This document shows positions 1-9,094 of a stretch of 64,000 nt of DNA, piece by piece (position 1 is the stretch's first letter; every line of letters starts with the position of its first letter). The notes under the pieces were generated by a model, which saw only the letters and a program-made list of their open reading frames with translations, did no database searches and was not told the DNA's origin. The position numbers and the translations under genes were made by a program. Origin of the DNA: Bacillota bacterium. Lineage in GTDB: Bacteria > Sysuimicrobiota > Sysuimicrobiia > Sysuimicrobiales > Segetimicrobiaceae. The DNA lies in the NCBI GenBank assembly GCA_021324975.1, contig JAJPIA010000069.1, positions 5,020-69,019 of the forward strand, written 5' to 3'.

Positions 1-245
1 TCGGTCGCGCTCGCATGCCTCCACCGGCTGCCGCGCTTGTCGCGTGGCAACGGCTAGGGCACAACCGTCCCCTCCTCCCCGCTCGACAACACGCGCCGCA
101 GCACATGCGATCGCGACAACGGCTCCACCGCCGATGGCAGAAGCCGACCAGGCGCGCACGCACCAGCCAGCGGCGCGCATCAACAATGTTCGGCACGGCG
201 CCCAGCGGACGCCGTGCAGCGTGTAGTCTGGGTCAACGGCCACTG

Positions 246-935
246 CTACATAAACTTGCTCGGGAACTGCTTCGCGATGGCACCGGCCAGCGCATCAGAA
301 ATCGCGTAGATGTTCTTGAGCATCGAGTCCCAGGTCTGCGCTTCCTGCCCGAGATTCCCAGCCGCCACCGCGTTGCACTCCGCAATATGCTCGGCCACGT
401 GCGCGCCCAGCAGGGACAGCACGGCCGTCTTCGGCAGATTTGGGTTGGCCGAACTCAGCAGGGTCGCAAGCTGCTCCCCGTTTTGCGTCATCTTTTTGGC
501 CGCCGCGCTCTTGGCGGCCTCATCACCCCGGATGTCGGCCAGGCAGTACTCCTGCACCGCGTTCACGTGATCGGTGAAGAGCCGGGCGAAGGCGGTGCCC
601 GCCGGCTGCCCGTAGAAGGATGCCACCGCCGCACCGAACGCGTTAGCGTTCTGAATGGCCATTCGGTAGGCAACTTGGGCTTCGTCGGGATTGCCGGCTT
701 TCGTGGCGATGACCATGGAGCGGACCCAAAACACATGGTCGACAAAGAGGTGCCGGAGCGTCATGTCAAGGTTATCAACCTTCCCTGGGTTCACCCCGGT
801 CTGCGCGTAGCTGGTGACCGGCGTAACGGGCCATGCGCACAGCGCCATCCCAATCAGCAGTGCCGAGACAACCCACACTCTTCGCATCATCAGCGCACCT
901 CCCGGAATCGTCACGGTGCAGGTTAGTATGTCCAT
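246..935 (-). CDS. Secreted hypothetical protein (N-terminal signal peptide MMRRVWVVSALLIGMALCAWPV; real start may be the internal MM at ~893)
   Basis: ORF with hydrophobic signal-like N-terminus followed by Ala/Gln-rich mature part; plus-strand ORF 15..926 is its Arg-rich antisense shadow. Confidence 0.5.
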   Translation of the reverse strand: MDILTCTVTIPGGALMMRRVWVVSALLIGMALCAWPVTPVTSYAQTGVNPGKVDNLDMTLRHLFVDHVFWVRSMVIATKAGNPDEAQVAYRMAIQNANAFGAAVASFYGQPAGTAFARLFTDHVNAVQEYCLADIRGDEAAKSAAAKKMTQNGEQLATLLSSANPNLPKTAVLSLLGAHVAEHIAECNAVAAGNLGQEAQTWDSMLKNIYAISDALAGAIAKQFPSKFM

Positions 936-1172
936 CTGCGCACGCCTGCCTGCGCTTCAACGGTGTTGACTGTACCATCTGCCATGACTTGGATCGTTGC
1001 GCTACCTCAACCATCGTCGCCCCCGGTCGTATGGGGGATGAGGGCCGCAGACCGCGCCCGGTCGGCAGGCGGCAATGCGCCAGCGCAACGACTCGCGGAT
1101 ACGGCACCCTCTTCACTAGAACGTGAGAGACGTCGGGGTGCGTCAATCGGGTGATTCAAAACTGGAACGATG

Positions 1173-1202
1173 CTGGAGGTGACAGTACTGGAGGTGACAG
1201 TA
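1173..1202 (+). repeat. Perfect tandem direct repeat 2 x 15 bp (ctggaggtgacagta) immediately upstream of ATG at 1206; each copy contains GGAGGTGA
   Basis: Read directly in sequence: 1173-1187 and 1188-1202 identical. Confidence 0.85.
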
Positions 1203-1205
1203 CGT

Positions 1206-1406
1206 ATGGCCCCCATCACGCGCGTGACCAGCGTCGCGGACGCGCTCGGGAGTTCCATGGTCGCGCGGAAGCTCTTCCTCGAACATGGCATCAACCCCGA
1301 GTGGTTCGGTGAAATGACGAAATTCAACACCTTAGGCGATGCGGAACGGTGGTGCGACGTGAAGGACATTGACCGCCTCATCGATGACCTCCGTGCATTG
1401 CCTTGA
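1206..1406 (+). CDS. Small hypothetical protein (66 aa)
   Basis: ATG at 1206 with GGAGGTG 8 nt upstream; in frame with longer ORF 1170..1406; stop 18 nt before next gene. Confidence 0.4.
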   Translation: MAPITRVTSVADALGSSMVARKLFLEHGINPEWFGEMTKFNTLGDAERWCDVKDIDRLIDDLRALP

Positions 1407-1422
1407 GAGAGGAGGAGAGAAT

Positions 1423-2244
1423 ATGAATGAACATGCGTTCGACTTCGTCCGCACCAATGACCGTGAACGCAAGCCGCGGTCGCGAGGAATCACCGAGATC
1501 CGCGGGCCGTACTATACGCCGATGGGCCGCCACTATCTCGATGATCTCCTCGAGACTATGGGCGATTACATCGACAGCCTAAAGTTTGCCGGAGGCTCGT
1601 TTGTGCTCATGCCCGACGCCGCTCTGCGCGGGGTGATCGAGTTGGCCCATCGTCATCACGTCCTCGTCTCCACCGGAGGGTTCATCGAGCGCATCCTCAG
1701 CCAGGGGCCGCAGGCGGTCGACCGATACGTGCGCACGTGCAGAGACCTCGGCTTCGATATCATCGAGATTTCGAGCGGATTCATCACGATCCCACCCGAT
1801 GACTGGCTGCGTCTCGTGCAGCAGGTGCAAGCTGCCGGCCTGAAGGCCAAACCCGAGATCGGCATCCAGTTTGGCGCTGGGGGTGCGAGCACAGTTGAGG
1901 CCCTTGAGGCGGAGGGCACGCGCGATGTGGGCTGGGCCGTTCACCAGGCCAAACGGTTTCTCGACGCTGGAGCCTATCTGATCATGGTCGAATCCGAAGG
2001 CATCACCGAGCAGGTCAAGGTGTGGCGCACCGACGCGGCGGCCCGCATCATCGAGGCGCTGGGGCTCGACAAGGTCATGTTCGAGGCGGCCGATCCCAGT
2101 GTGTTCGCCTGGTACGTGAAGAACTACGGGCCCGAGGTCAACTTGTTCGTGGACCACAGCCAAATCGTTCAGCTCGAGTGTCTCCGATCCGGACTGTGGG
2201 GAACGCAGGATCTTTGGGGCCGTGTTTTGACGTACAAAGGGTAG
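1423..2244 (+). CDS. (2R)-phospho-3-sulfolactate synthase (ComA) family protein
   Basis: ATG at 1423 preceded by GAGGAGGAG; ComA-like motifs (RSRGITEIRGPYYTPMG ... DYIDSLKFAGGSF), TIM-barrel-like length ~273 aa. Confidence 0.65.
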   Translation: MNEHAFDFVRTNDRERKPRSRGITEIRGPYYTPMGRHYLDDLLETMGDYIDSLKFAGGSFVLMPDAALRGVIELAHRHHVLVSTGGFIERILSQGPQAVDRYVRTCRDLGFDIIEISSGFITIPPDDWLRLVQQVQAAGLKAKPEIGIQFGAGGASTVEALEAEGTRDVGWAVHQAKRFLDAGAYLIMVESEGITEQVKVWRTDAAARIIEALGLDKVMFEAADPSVFAWYVKNYGPEVNLFVDHSQIVQLECLRSGLWGTQDLWGRVLTYKG

Positions 2245-2261
2245 AGCGCTGTCCAGCCCTA

Positions 2262-2606
2262 TTACGTCGCGATCTTGTCCTGCATCACGTCACTCGCTCG
2301 CACGAACGCCAGTGCGACCTCCCATCGCTGCGCGCACATCATCGCTTGGTGCACCAGTATTGGGCCACCAAGAGTCCGTCGCGGCGCGTCCTCCACTTCA
2401 AGGTGACGCCGGACGGCGGTGGTTAGCATATGCTTCGATTCCTGCGACAGCGCGTACCGGTGCTCACCGTCGCCGCCGACGCCCCGGCTGGCATCGTGGC
2501 GCAATCCATCCGCGACGGACTCGACGGCGATCTCCGCCGCTAGGATGGCGGGCAATTCGAGTCTACACCCGATGCCTCGGCAACGGGGAGGCTGATACCA
2601 TGCCAT
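2262..2606 (-). CDS. Hypothetical protein (weak call in a degenerate, lower-GC region)
   Basis: ORF only; no recognisable motif. Confidence 0.2.
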   Translation of the reverse strand: MAWYQPPRCRGIGCRLELPAILAAEIAVESVADGLRHDASRGVGGDGEHRYALSQESKHMLTTAVRRHLEVEDAPRRTLGGPILVHQAMMCAQRWEVALAFVRASDVMQDKIAT

Positions 2607-2995
2607 CTAGACGTATCGACCGGAGGTGCAAGATCGCTGAGTCGGGTGCGGAGAGCCGTCGTTCGCGGGAGATCCGGTCTTCAACGGCACGAACGTGAAG
2701 CTGGTCAAGGTAGTGGACCTGGCGATGGCGGACGGCACGCAGGTGCTGGGGTGCTTCTGACGGGAGCGGCCTGAGGCACGACACTGCCGAGAAGATCCTG
2801 CGAACGATCGACACGGATGCTCGGCGTAGCAAGCGGTAGGGGCACGTCTGCACCCCTTGGTGGCATGACGCCGCAGCGCGTGGTCGCGGGAACGCGACGG
2901 GTGTGCGTGGGCTTGCCACACATGCGCCGATGCATCCGGCATTCGAGTGGGAGGGCGGCCGGATCATTACGGGCCCGCGCTGCGTGCCGCGAAAT

Positions 2996-3031
2996 GTGAA
3001 ACCAGCGGGGCAAGCCCCCCGCCGGTTTCAC
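2996..3031. other. GC-rich imperfect inverted repeat / stem-loop (GTGAAACC-a-GCGGGG ... CCCCGC-c-GGTTTCAC)
   Basis: Seen in sequence; ~14 bp stem with one A-C mismatch; no T-tract on either strand. Confidence 0.4.
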
Positions 3032-3056
3032 TATGCCGCGCTCTGGGGTGCCGTGG

Positions 3057-3269
3057 TCAGGCCAGCTCGATGTCCTGCGCGTGCACCATCAGCCCCATGT
3101 GTTGATTCGCGCGGCCCGGGACGAGGACGACGACCGCCCCGTAACGCGAATCGAGCTGGTGCACTTGTACGGGTTCCGTCATGCCGGCGACCTTGACCTT
3201 GCTCCCGACACTGACGGCTCGTCCGTTGCGGTCCTTCACCTCTTGCGACACCGTGACCGGCACTGCCAT
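3057..3269 (-). CDS. Small hypothetical protein (~70 aa; beta-rich, possibly DUF1918-like)
   Basis: Internal Met of ORF 3057..3464; sequence MAVPVTVSQEVKDRNGRAVSVGSKVKVAG... Confidence 0.35.
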   Translation of the reverse strand: MAVPVTVSQEVKDRNGRAVSVGSKVKVAGMTEPVQVHQLDSRYGAVVVLVPGRANQHMGLMVHAQDIELA

Positions 3270-3300
3270 CGCTGCTCCCCCTTCTCCCGCCCTGGGCCTG

Positions 3301-3510
3301 TCAGCGTTCTTCCTCCTGTTCCCGATCGAGCTCCTCGATGCGCGCGCGCCACCGTTCGTCGAGAAGGCGCTCGGCACGCTCTCGCGTTTCCGCGGACACG
3401 ACCAGCCGTGCTTCCCCGCCGGGATCGTCGCAGCTGGCCGTCCAGCGGCCGGTGGCCGCGTCAAGCCGCACGTCCGCGCCTGTCATGGCCATCCGGCTCT
3501 CGTCGCGCAT
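3301..3510 (-). CDS. Small hypothetical protein (69 aa), co-oriented just upstream of 3057..3269
   Basis: ORF; charged C-terminus (ERLLDERWRARIEELDREQEEER). Confidence 0.3.
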   Translation of the reverse strand: MRDESRMAMTGADVRLDAATGRWTASCDDPGGEARLVVSAETRERAERLLDERWRARIEELDREQEEER

Positions 3511-3606
3511 CGTGAGCCTCCCGGGACCGGTGCGGGGATCTTTCCATGAGGGCCTGCGGTCAACCCTCCTCCCTGCGGTCGCTCGCCGGCGCTGCCGCTC
3601 CCGGAT

Positions 3607-4554
3607 CTACGGGCCGGCGTAGTTCGGGCTCTCGTCGTTCTTGAGCGCGTCCCAACACGTCCGGCAGAGCCATCCGATGTGATGACCGGCCGCGGCCTTG
3701 CCGGGTGTGCCGTCCGGCATCAGCCATGGCACCCGGCCGGTATAGACGGTGAGGACGAACAGCGGCCGTCCGGCTTCGAACACGATCCCGGCGTCGTTGA
3801 AGTTGCGGCTGGATGTGCCGGTCTTGTGCGCGACCGTGGTGCCGACGGGCAGCAGCAGCGGGAGCCGTTGCTGAAACTGCTGCCAGCTCAGGATGTCCAG
3901 CGCCAGCCGGCACAATGCCTGACTGCACCCCAGCCGCGCCGCGGCGGCGCCGTCGGCTGCGCCGAGCGCGATGCGCTCCAGCAGGGCGCCCACGTCGGAG
4001 GGCGTCGTCACGTTGACGCGGTCGAGATCCGGCTCGACCTCCTGCCGGGCGTCGGCCGCCGCATCGTACCGCGGAGGGACCGGCTGGCGGTGGGCCGTAC
4101 CGCGCATCCCCACGGACCGGCAAAGCTCGTTGACCGCGTCGAGCCCGACCAACTCGACGACGGCGCTCGTGCACGTATTGTCGCTGACGATGATCATCAT
4201 GACGAGCACGTCGCGGAGCGGCAGGGTGAAGCCGGGCAGGAAATAGCGAAAGCACCCGCTCGTGTTTGCCTGGTGTCTGGCCTCCAAGGTAACGGGCTGC
4301 TCGAGACACAGCCGCCCCGCGTGCACGGCCCGCAGCGCCGTCATGAGGATCGCAATCTTCCGCGTGCTCGCGGACGGGACCACGACATCGCCCGCCCGGT
4401 TCGCGCTCTCACCGCGGACGAGATCCTTGAGATACCAGCCCGTGTCGAACGGCTGTGCATCACACCGAGCGTTCAGCCGCGCCGCGAGCGCATCCAACAT
4501 CGGCGACACCACCGCGTCAAGGCCATGACGGCCTCGTGTGATCTCCTGTGACAT
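3607..4554 (-). CDS. Class A beta-lactamase-fold serine hydrolase, no signal peptide (predicted cytoplasmic)
   Basis: Motifs S-x-x-K (SASTRK), SDN (VSDNTCTS), KTG (HKTGTS); start ATG at 4552-4554 (residue 270 of ORF 3607..5361; upstream part is Arg-rich junk). Confidence 0.7.
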   Translation of the reverse strand: MSQEITRGRHGLDAVVSPMLDALAARLNARCDAQPFDTGWYLKDLVRGESANRAGDVVVPSASTRKIAILMTALRAVHAGRLCLEQPVTLEARHQANTSGCFRYFLPGFTLPLRDVLVMMIIVSDNTCTSAVVELVGLDAVNELCRSVGMRGTAHRQPVPPRYDAAADARQEVEPDLDRVNVTTPSDVGALLERIALGAADGAAAARLGCSQALCRLALDILSWQQFQQRLPLLLPVGTTVAHKTGTSSRNFNDAGIVFEAGRPLFVLTVYTGRVPWLMPDGTPGKAAAGHHIGWLCRTCWDALKNDESPNYAGP

Positions 4555-4716
4555 TACCGGCACGGCGCCGGGAGTCCTCCGCGGCGGCGGAAATCCAAAT
4601 TCTCGCCACGCGCAGCATCCGGCCGGTCGCGAGGCATCCCGTGACGGCGACAAGACAATCCCAAGACAAACCGGGGGCGAGGTCGCCGAACACCCTGAAA
4701 TGCCGGGCCTTGGGCA

Positions 4717-4792
4717 TGGGGTGGCCGACGGGACTTGAACCCGCAACCCCCAGAGCCACAGTCTGGTGCTCTGCCCTTGAGCTACGGCCACC
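4717..4792 (-). tRNA. tRNA-His (anticodon GTG) with encoded G-1 and encoded CCA
   Basis: Manual fold: G-1 + acceptor GTGGCCG/CGGCCAC, D-arm GCTC/GAGC, anticodon stem CCAGA/TCTGG with loop CTGTGGC, T-arm GCGGG-TTCAAGT-CCCGT, discriminator C, CCA. Confidence 0.9.
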
Positions 4793-4901
4793 GCGTGCAT
4801 AGAACACCTTACCGGAGAGGCACCGGGCGTGCAAGTGGACCCGCCGGCGTTCCGCCGAACCGCGGCGGCGTTGCGGGCCCGTGGGCGGCGGCAGGCAGCG
4901 G

Positions 4902-6110
4902 TTAGCCGAGCATGACCTGCTGAGGTCGGTCCGGCTCGCCCACGGTGTATTCGTGCGCGCCAACGAGCGGCGCGCCCTCGTCGAAGCGGCTCGCTCGGAA
5001 CGGGCGGAGGTCCACGAGCCGCGGCGCGCCGTCGACGATCCACTCGGCGACCGCGCACCCCACGGCCGGCGCGGTCTTGAAGGACGAGCCGTTGTCGCCC
5101 GTGCAGAACCACAGGCCGGCGAGGCTCGGATGACGGTCGATGACCGGCTTGCCGTCGTCCGTCAGCGTGATCGCGCCGGCCCAGCCGCCGCGCATCGGCG
5201 CGTGGGCCATGCCTGGGATCCGCCGCAGCATCCGCTCGCGGGCCCGCCACGCGTAGGCGCCGTCCACGCCCTCGCTCCACCCGTCCAGATCGTCGAGTTC
5301 CTGTCGCTGCGAGATACCGACCAGCGTCGAGGCGAAGTGCGGCCCTTCGGGGCGCAACCACATCTCATAGTGACTGTCGATGCATACGGGGTGCGGGGCG
5401 TCGACGGCGGGCGGGCGCCGGAAGACGGCGACCTGCGTGCGCATCGGGCGGAGCGCGGCCGGCACGCCGAGATCCCGCAGCATCGGCACCGTCCATGCGC
5501 CGCCGGCGAGCACGACGGCGCCGGCGGCGATCGGCCCGCCGCTCGTCTCCACGCCGTGGACGCGGCCGTGCGCCGCCCGCACGGCGCGCACGTCCGTCCC
5601 CAGCCGGATCTCCGCGCCTAAGTCCCGGGCCCGGCTGAGGAAGCCGTGGGTCGTCTCGACCGGGTCCGCAAACCCGGAGTCGGGCTCGTACGCCGCGGCC
5701 GCCACGTCGTCGACATTCCAGAACGGCACGATCCGGCGCAACTCGTCGGGCCCGACCAGGACCATATTGATGCCGATCCCGCGGAGCATGCCGACGTTCG
5801 CGCGGAGCTTCGCGTCATCCGCCGGCGCGACGAAGCGCACCATCCCCGCGGGCACGAATCCCGCGGAGCCCGCCCCTACCATGTCGCCCCAGTGCTGGAA
5901 GTACGGCAGGCTCGCAAATGCCAGGCGCGCCTCCGGCTCGTTCGTGTAGTGCATCCGGACGAGCGCGCCCGATTTGCCGGTCGCTCCGGCCGCCGGCCAG
6001 CGCCGCTCGCAGAGCACGACGCGCCCGGCATGCCGAGCCGCAAGATGCATCGCCACGCTCGCGCCGACGACACCGCCTCCAACCACCACGACATCCGCTG
6101 CCGGCTCCAT
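4902..6110 (-). CDS. FAD-dependent oxidoreductase (DAO family; glycine/D-amino-acid/sarcosine oxidase-like)
   Basis: N-terminal VVVVGGGVVGASVAMHLA dinucleotide fold; ATG at 6108-6110 with GGAGG 5 nt upstream. Confidence 0.75.
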   Translation of the reverse strand: MEPAADVVVVGGGVVGASVAMHLAARHAGRVVLCERRWPAAGATGKSGALVRMHYTNEPEARLAFASLPYFQHWGDMVGAGSAGFVPAGMVRFVAPADDAKLRANVGMLRGIGINMVLVGPDELRRIVPFWNVDDVAAAAYEPDSGFADPVETTHGFLSRARDLGAEIRLGTDVRAVRAAHGRVHGVETSGGPIAAGAVVLAGGAWTVPMLRDLGVPAALRPMRTQVAVFRRPPAVDAPHPVCIDSHYEMWLRPEGPHFASTLVGISQRQELDDLDGWSEGVDGAYAWRARERMLRRIPGMAHAPMRGGWAGAITLTDDGKPVIDRHPSLAGLWFCTGDNGSSFKTAPAVGCAVAEWIVDGAPRLVDLRPFRASRFDEGAPLVGAHEYTVGEPDRPQQVMLG

Positions 6111-6169
6111 ATCCGCCTCCCGTGAACCGCGTAGTGACAACGTCGAGGTCGTACCCTTCGGGCCGTCGC

Positions 6170-9094
6170 TCAGGATCGCCCGTCGAGCGCGGCCGCGAGC
6201 GCCTCGGCCGGATGCCACGCCCGGCGTCCCGTGCCGTGCGCGATCTGCTGGCGGCACGATGCGCCCGTCGCGACGATGATCGCGTTCTGCGGCGCTCCCC
6301 GGACGGCCTTGAAGAGCACGCGCTCGCCCATCGCGAGTGATACGTCGTAGTGCTCACGCTCGAACCCAAACGACCCGGCCATGCCGCAGCACCCCGAGTC
6401 GACCGGCTCGACGCGCCACCCCGGCACCGCGCCGAGCACGGCGAGCGACGGCCCCATGCCGACCATCGCCTTTTGGTGGCAGTGGCCGTGGACCACGATC
6501 CGGCGGTCCTCGCACGCGTACGGCAGCCGCGTGCCCGTGCCGTGAAGTTCGGCGAGAAACTCCTCGAACAAGTAGCTCCGTCCCGCGACGGCGGCCGACG
6601 CCGGGCCCGGCACCAGGTCCGGGTACTCGTCCTTGAGGGTCACCGCGCACGACGGCTCCAGCCCGACGATCGGGACTCCCTGCTCGGCGTACGGTCGGAG
6701 GCGCTCCACGTTCGTCTCGGCCAGCGCGCGCGCCTCGCGCAGCATGCCGTTGGAAATCATCGGCCGCCCGCAGCAGCGCGCGGGCGCGAGCTCGACGGCG
6801 CACCCCGCGGCTTCGAGCACGCGGACCGCGGCCCGGCCGATGGCGGGATAATAGTACTCGGTGAACGTGTCGACGAGCAGCGCCACGCGGGTCTTGGGAC
6901 CCGGCGGCGCCGACCGGCCCGCGATGCGTGCCGCCCCGTTCCCAGCACCGCGCCGGCGCCGCGCAAACCAGTGGGTGAAGCGCTCGCGTGCGAACGCCGG
7001 GAAGCGCCGCCGCGCGTCGATCCCGAACGCGCGGCCCAGGCTCCACCGCACCGGCGGCGCCTGGAGCAGCCAGTTGGACACGGGCGCGGTGGCGCAGCCG
7101 ATCGGACCGAGCGCGGCGATCGTGCCGAACAACCGCGCGCGCGGGGGCAGCCCGTGCTCGTCGTAGTAGCTCGCCAGCACCTCATGCTTCAGCTTGGCCA
7201 TGTCCACGTTGCTGGGGCACTCGGCTTTGCACGCCTTGCAGGCGATGCAGAGATCCATCACCTCGTACAGGTCGCGGCTACCGAGCGCGCCGGGCAACCG
7301 GCCGGCGATCGCCGCGCGGAGCGCGTTTGCCCGGCCGCGCGTGCTGTGCGCCTCGTCCAGCGTCACCATGTACGAGGGGCACATCGTCCCCCCACGCTGC
7401 TTCCGGCACGCACCGACGCCGCTGCACAGCTCCACGGCGTTGGCAAACCCGCCATCGCGGGCGAAGTCCTGGATGGTGACCGGTTCGGCGGCGCGATACG
7501 CGGGACCGTACCGGAGGGATTGCGTCATCGGCGGCGCGTCCACGATCTTCCCGGGGTTCATGAGGCCTTCGGGATCGAAGCTGGCTTTGACCTCGCGGAA
7601 CGCGTGATAGAGCATCGGCCCAAACATTTTCTCCAGAAACTCGCCGCGCGACAGGCCGTCCCCGTGCTCGCCGCTCAGGGCGCCGCCAAACTCCAGGACG
7701 AGGTCGCTGATCTCCTCGGCGATCGCGCGCATTTCCGCGACATCACGCGGCTGCTTGAGATCCAGGATGGGGCGCGTGTGCAGCAACCCGACGCTCGCAT
7801 GCCCGTAAAACGATGCCTCGGTCCCATGCCGGCGCACGATCTCACGGAACCGCCGCGTGTACTCGGCGATCCGCTCCGGCGGGACCGCGCTGTCCTCCAC
7901 AAACGCCACCGGCTTGCGCGCCGTCTTCATCCCGAGCAGCAGCCCCACGCCGGCCTCGCGCACCGCCCAGAGATTGGCCTGCGCCGCCGGATCGACGATC
8001 CGGCGCATCTCGCCGCGGAACCCGGCGCGGCGCATCCTCGCCTCGAGGGCATCCAGCCGCGGCACCAGCTCCGCGGGGCTGTCCCCCGCGTACTCGACGG
8101 CGAGGACGGCGCCCGGATCGCCGTCGACGAAGGTGAGCTTGTGCCGGTGTTCGCGCGCCTGGCGCGCCATGTCCAGGATGAACTTGTCCGTCAACTCGAC
8201 CGCGCTGGGCCCGGTCGCAAGGGCATCGGGTGTGTGTTCCAGCGCCGGCACGATGTCATCGAACTGGAAGACCGCGAGCACCGTGGCGGCGGGACGCCGC
8301 GCGAGGCGAATCGTCGCCTCCGTGACCACCGCCAGCGTGCCCTCGGATCCGACGATCAGCTTGGCGAGGTTCATCGGCCGTTCGGGTGGAAACTCGTCGA
8401 GATTGTAGCCGCCCACGCGCCGTTGCACCTTCGGGAAGCGCCGGGCCACCTCGTCGCGCGTCGCCGCGACGATACGGCCGATCTCACGGTAGATCCGGCC
8501 TTCGGGATCGTCCCCGCGCGCGCGGGCGGCCGCGTCCGCCGCGTCGACCGGCCCGAACGACACGGGCGTCCCGCCGGCCAGCGCCGCACGCACCGCGAGC
8601 ACCGTGTCGACCGTTTTGCCGTAGACGATGGAGCGGGACCCCGAGGAGTTGTTTCCGATCATCCCTCCGATCGTGGCTCGGTTGCTCGTGGACGTCTCGG
8701 GCCCGAAGATGTATCCCATGGGCGCCAGGGCGGCCAGCAACTCGCTCCGCACGATGCCCGGCTCGACCCTGGCCCAGCCGGCATCGGTGTTCACCTCGAG
8801 GACGCGGTTCATGTATTTCGAAAAATCGAGCACCACCGCACGGCCGACGGCCTGCCCGGCCAGGCTGGTCCCCCCGCCGCGCGGCAGGACGGGAACGCCG
8901 GCTGCGCGGGTGATCTCGAGCACCGCCTGGACATCGTCGGCGTCCCGGGGGAGCACCACCCCGAGCGGCACGATCTCGTAGATGCTGGCGTCCGTGCTGT
9001 AGAGCACGCGCGATGCCGCGTCGAACCGCACCTCGCCGCGCACGCGGCGGCCCAGGTCGTGCGCGAGGTCGCGCATGAACGTGCGGTCGGTCAT
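6170..9094 (-). CDS. FAD-linked oxidase (PCMH FAD-binding domain) fused to a 4Fe-4S/CCG cysteine-rich domain (GlcD-GlcF/D-lactate dehydrogenase-like fusion)
   Basis: FAD_binding_4-like N-terminus, two Cys clusters (CSGVGACRKQ...CP, CIACKACKAECP), C-terminal CCG-like repeats (CCGRP, CCGMAG); start ATG 9092-9094, 4-bp overlap with upstream gene. Confidence 0.8.
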   Translation of the reverse strand: MTDRTFMRDLAHDLGRRVRGEVRFDAASRVLYSTDASIYEIVPLGVVLPRDADDVQAVLEITRAAGVPVLPRGGGTSLAGQAVGRAVVLDFSKYMNRVLEVNTDAGWARVEPGIVRSELLAALAPMGYIFGPETSTSNRATIGGMIGNNSSGSRSIVYGKTVDTVLAVRAALAGGTPVSFGPVDAADAAARARGDDPEGRIYREIGRIVAATRDEVARRFPKVQRRVGGYNLDEFPPERPMNLAKLIVGSEGTLAVVTEATIRLARRPAATVLAVFQFDDIVPALEHTPDALATGPSAVELTDKFILDMARQAREHRHKLTFVDGDPGAVLAVEYAGDSPAELVPRLDALEARMRRAGFRGEMRRIVDPAAQANLWAVREAGVGLLLGMKTARKPVAFVEDSAVPPERIAEYTRRFREIVRRHGTEASFYGHASVGLLHTRPILDLKQPRDVAEMRAIAEEISDLVLEFGGALSGEHGDGLSRGEFLEKMFGPMLYHAFREVKASFDPEGLMNPGKIVDAPPMTQSLRYGPAYRAAEPVTIQDFARDGGFANAVELCSGVGACRKQRGGTMCPSYMVTLDEAHSTRGRANALRAAIAGRLPGALGSRDLYEVMDLCIACKACKAECPSNVDMAKLKHEVLASYYDEHGLPPRARLFGTIAALGPIGCATAPVSNWLLQAPPVRWSLGRAFGIDARRRFPAFARERFTHWFARRRRGAGNGAARIAGRSAPPGPKTRVALLVDTFTEYYYPAIGRAAVRVLEAAGCAVELAPARCCGRPMISNGMLREARALAETNVERLRPYAEQGVPIVGLEPSCAVTLKDEYPDLVPGPASAAVAGRSYLFEEFLAELHGTGTRLPYACEDRRIVVHGHCHQKAMVGMGPSLAVLGAVPGWRVEPVDSGCCGMAGSFGFEREHYDVSLAMGERVLFKAVRGAPQNAIIVATGASCRQQIAHGTGRRAWHPAEALAAALDGRS

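Noticed and set aside
15-926. 303-aa plus-strand ORF
   Set aside because: Arg/His/Pro-rich antisense shadow of the better-supported secreted-protein gene at 246..935 (minus).
3560-5361. Extended N-terminal ~270 codons of the beta-lactamase-fold ORF and the overlapping 249-aa ORF
   Set aside because: The upstream part is Arg-rich and runs through the tRNA-His gene. The conserved domain starts at Met 270 (4554).
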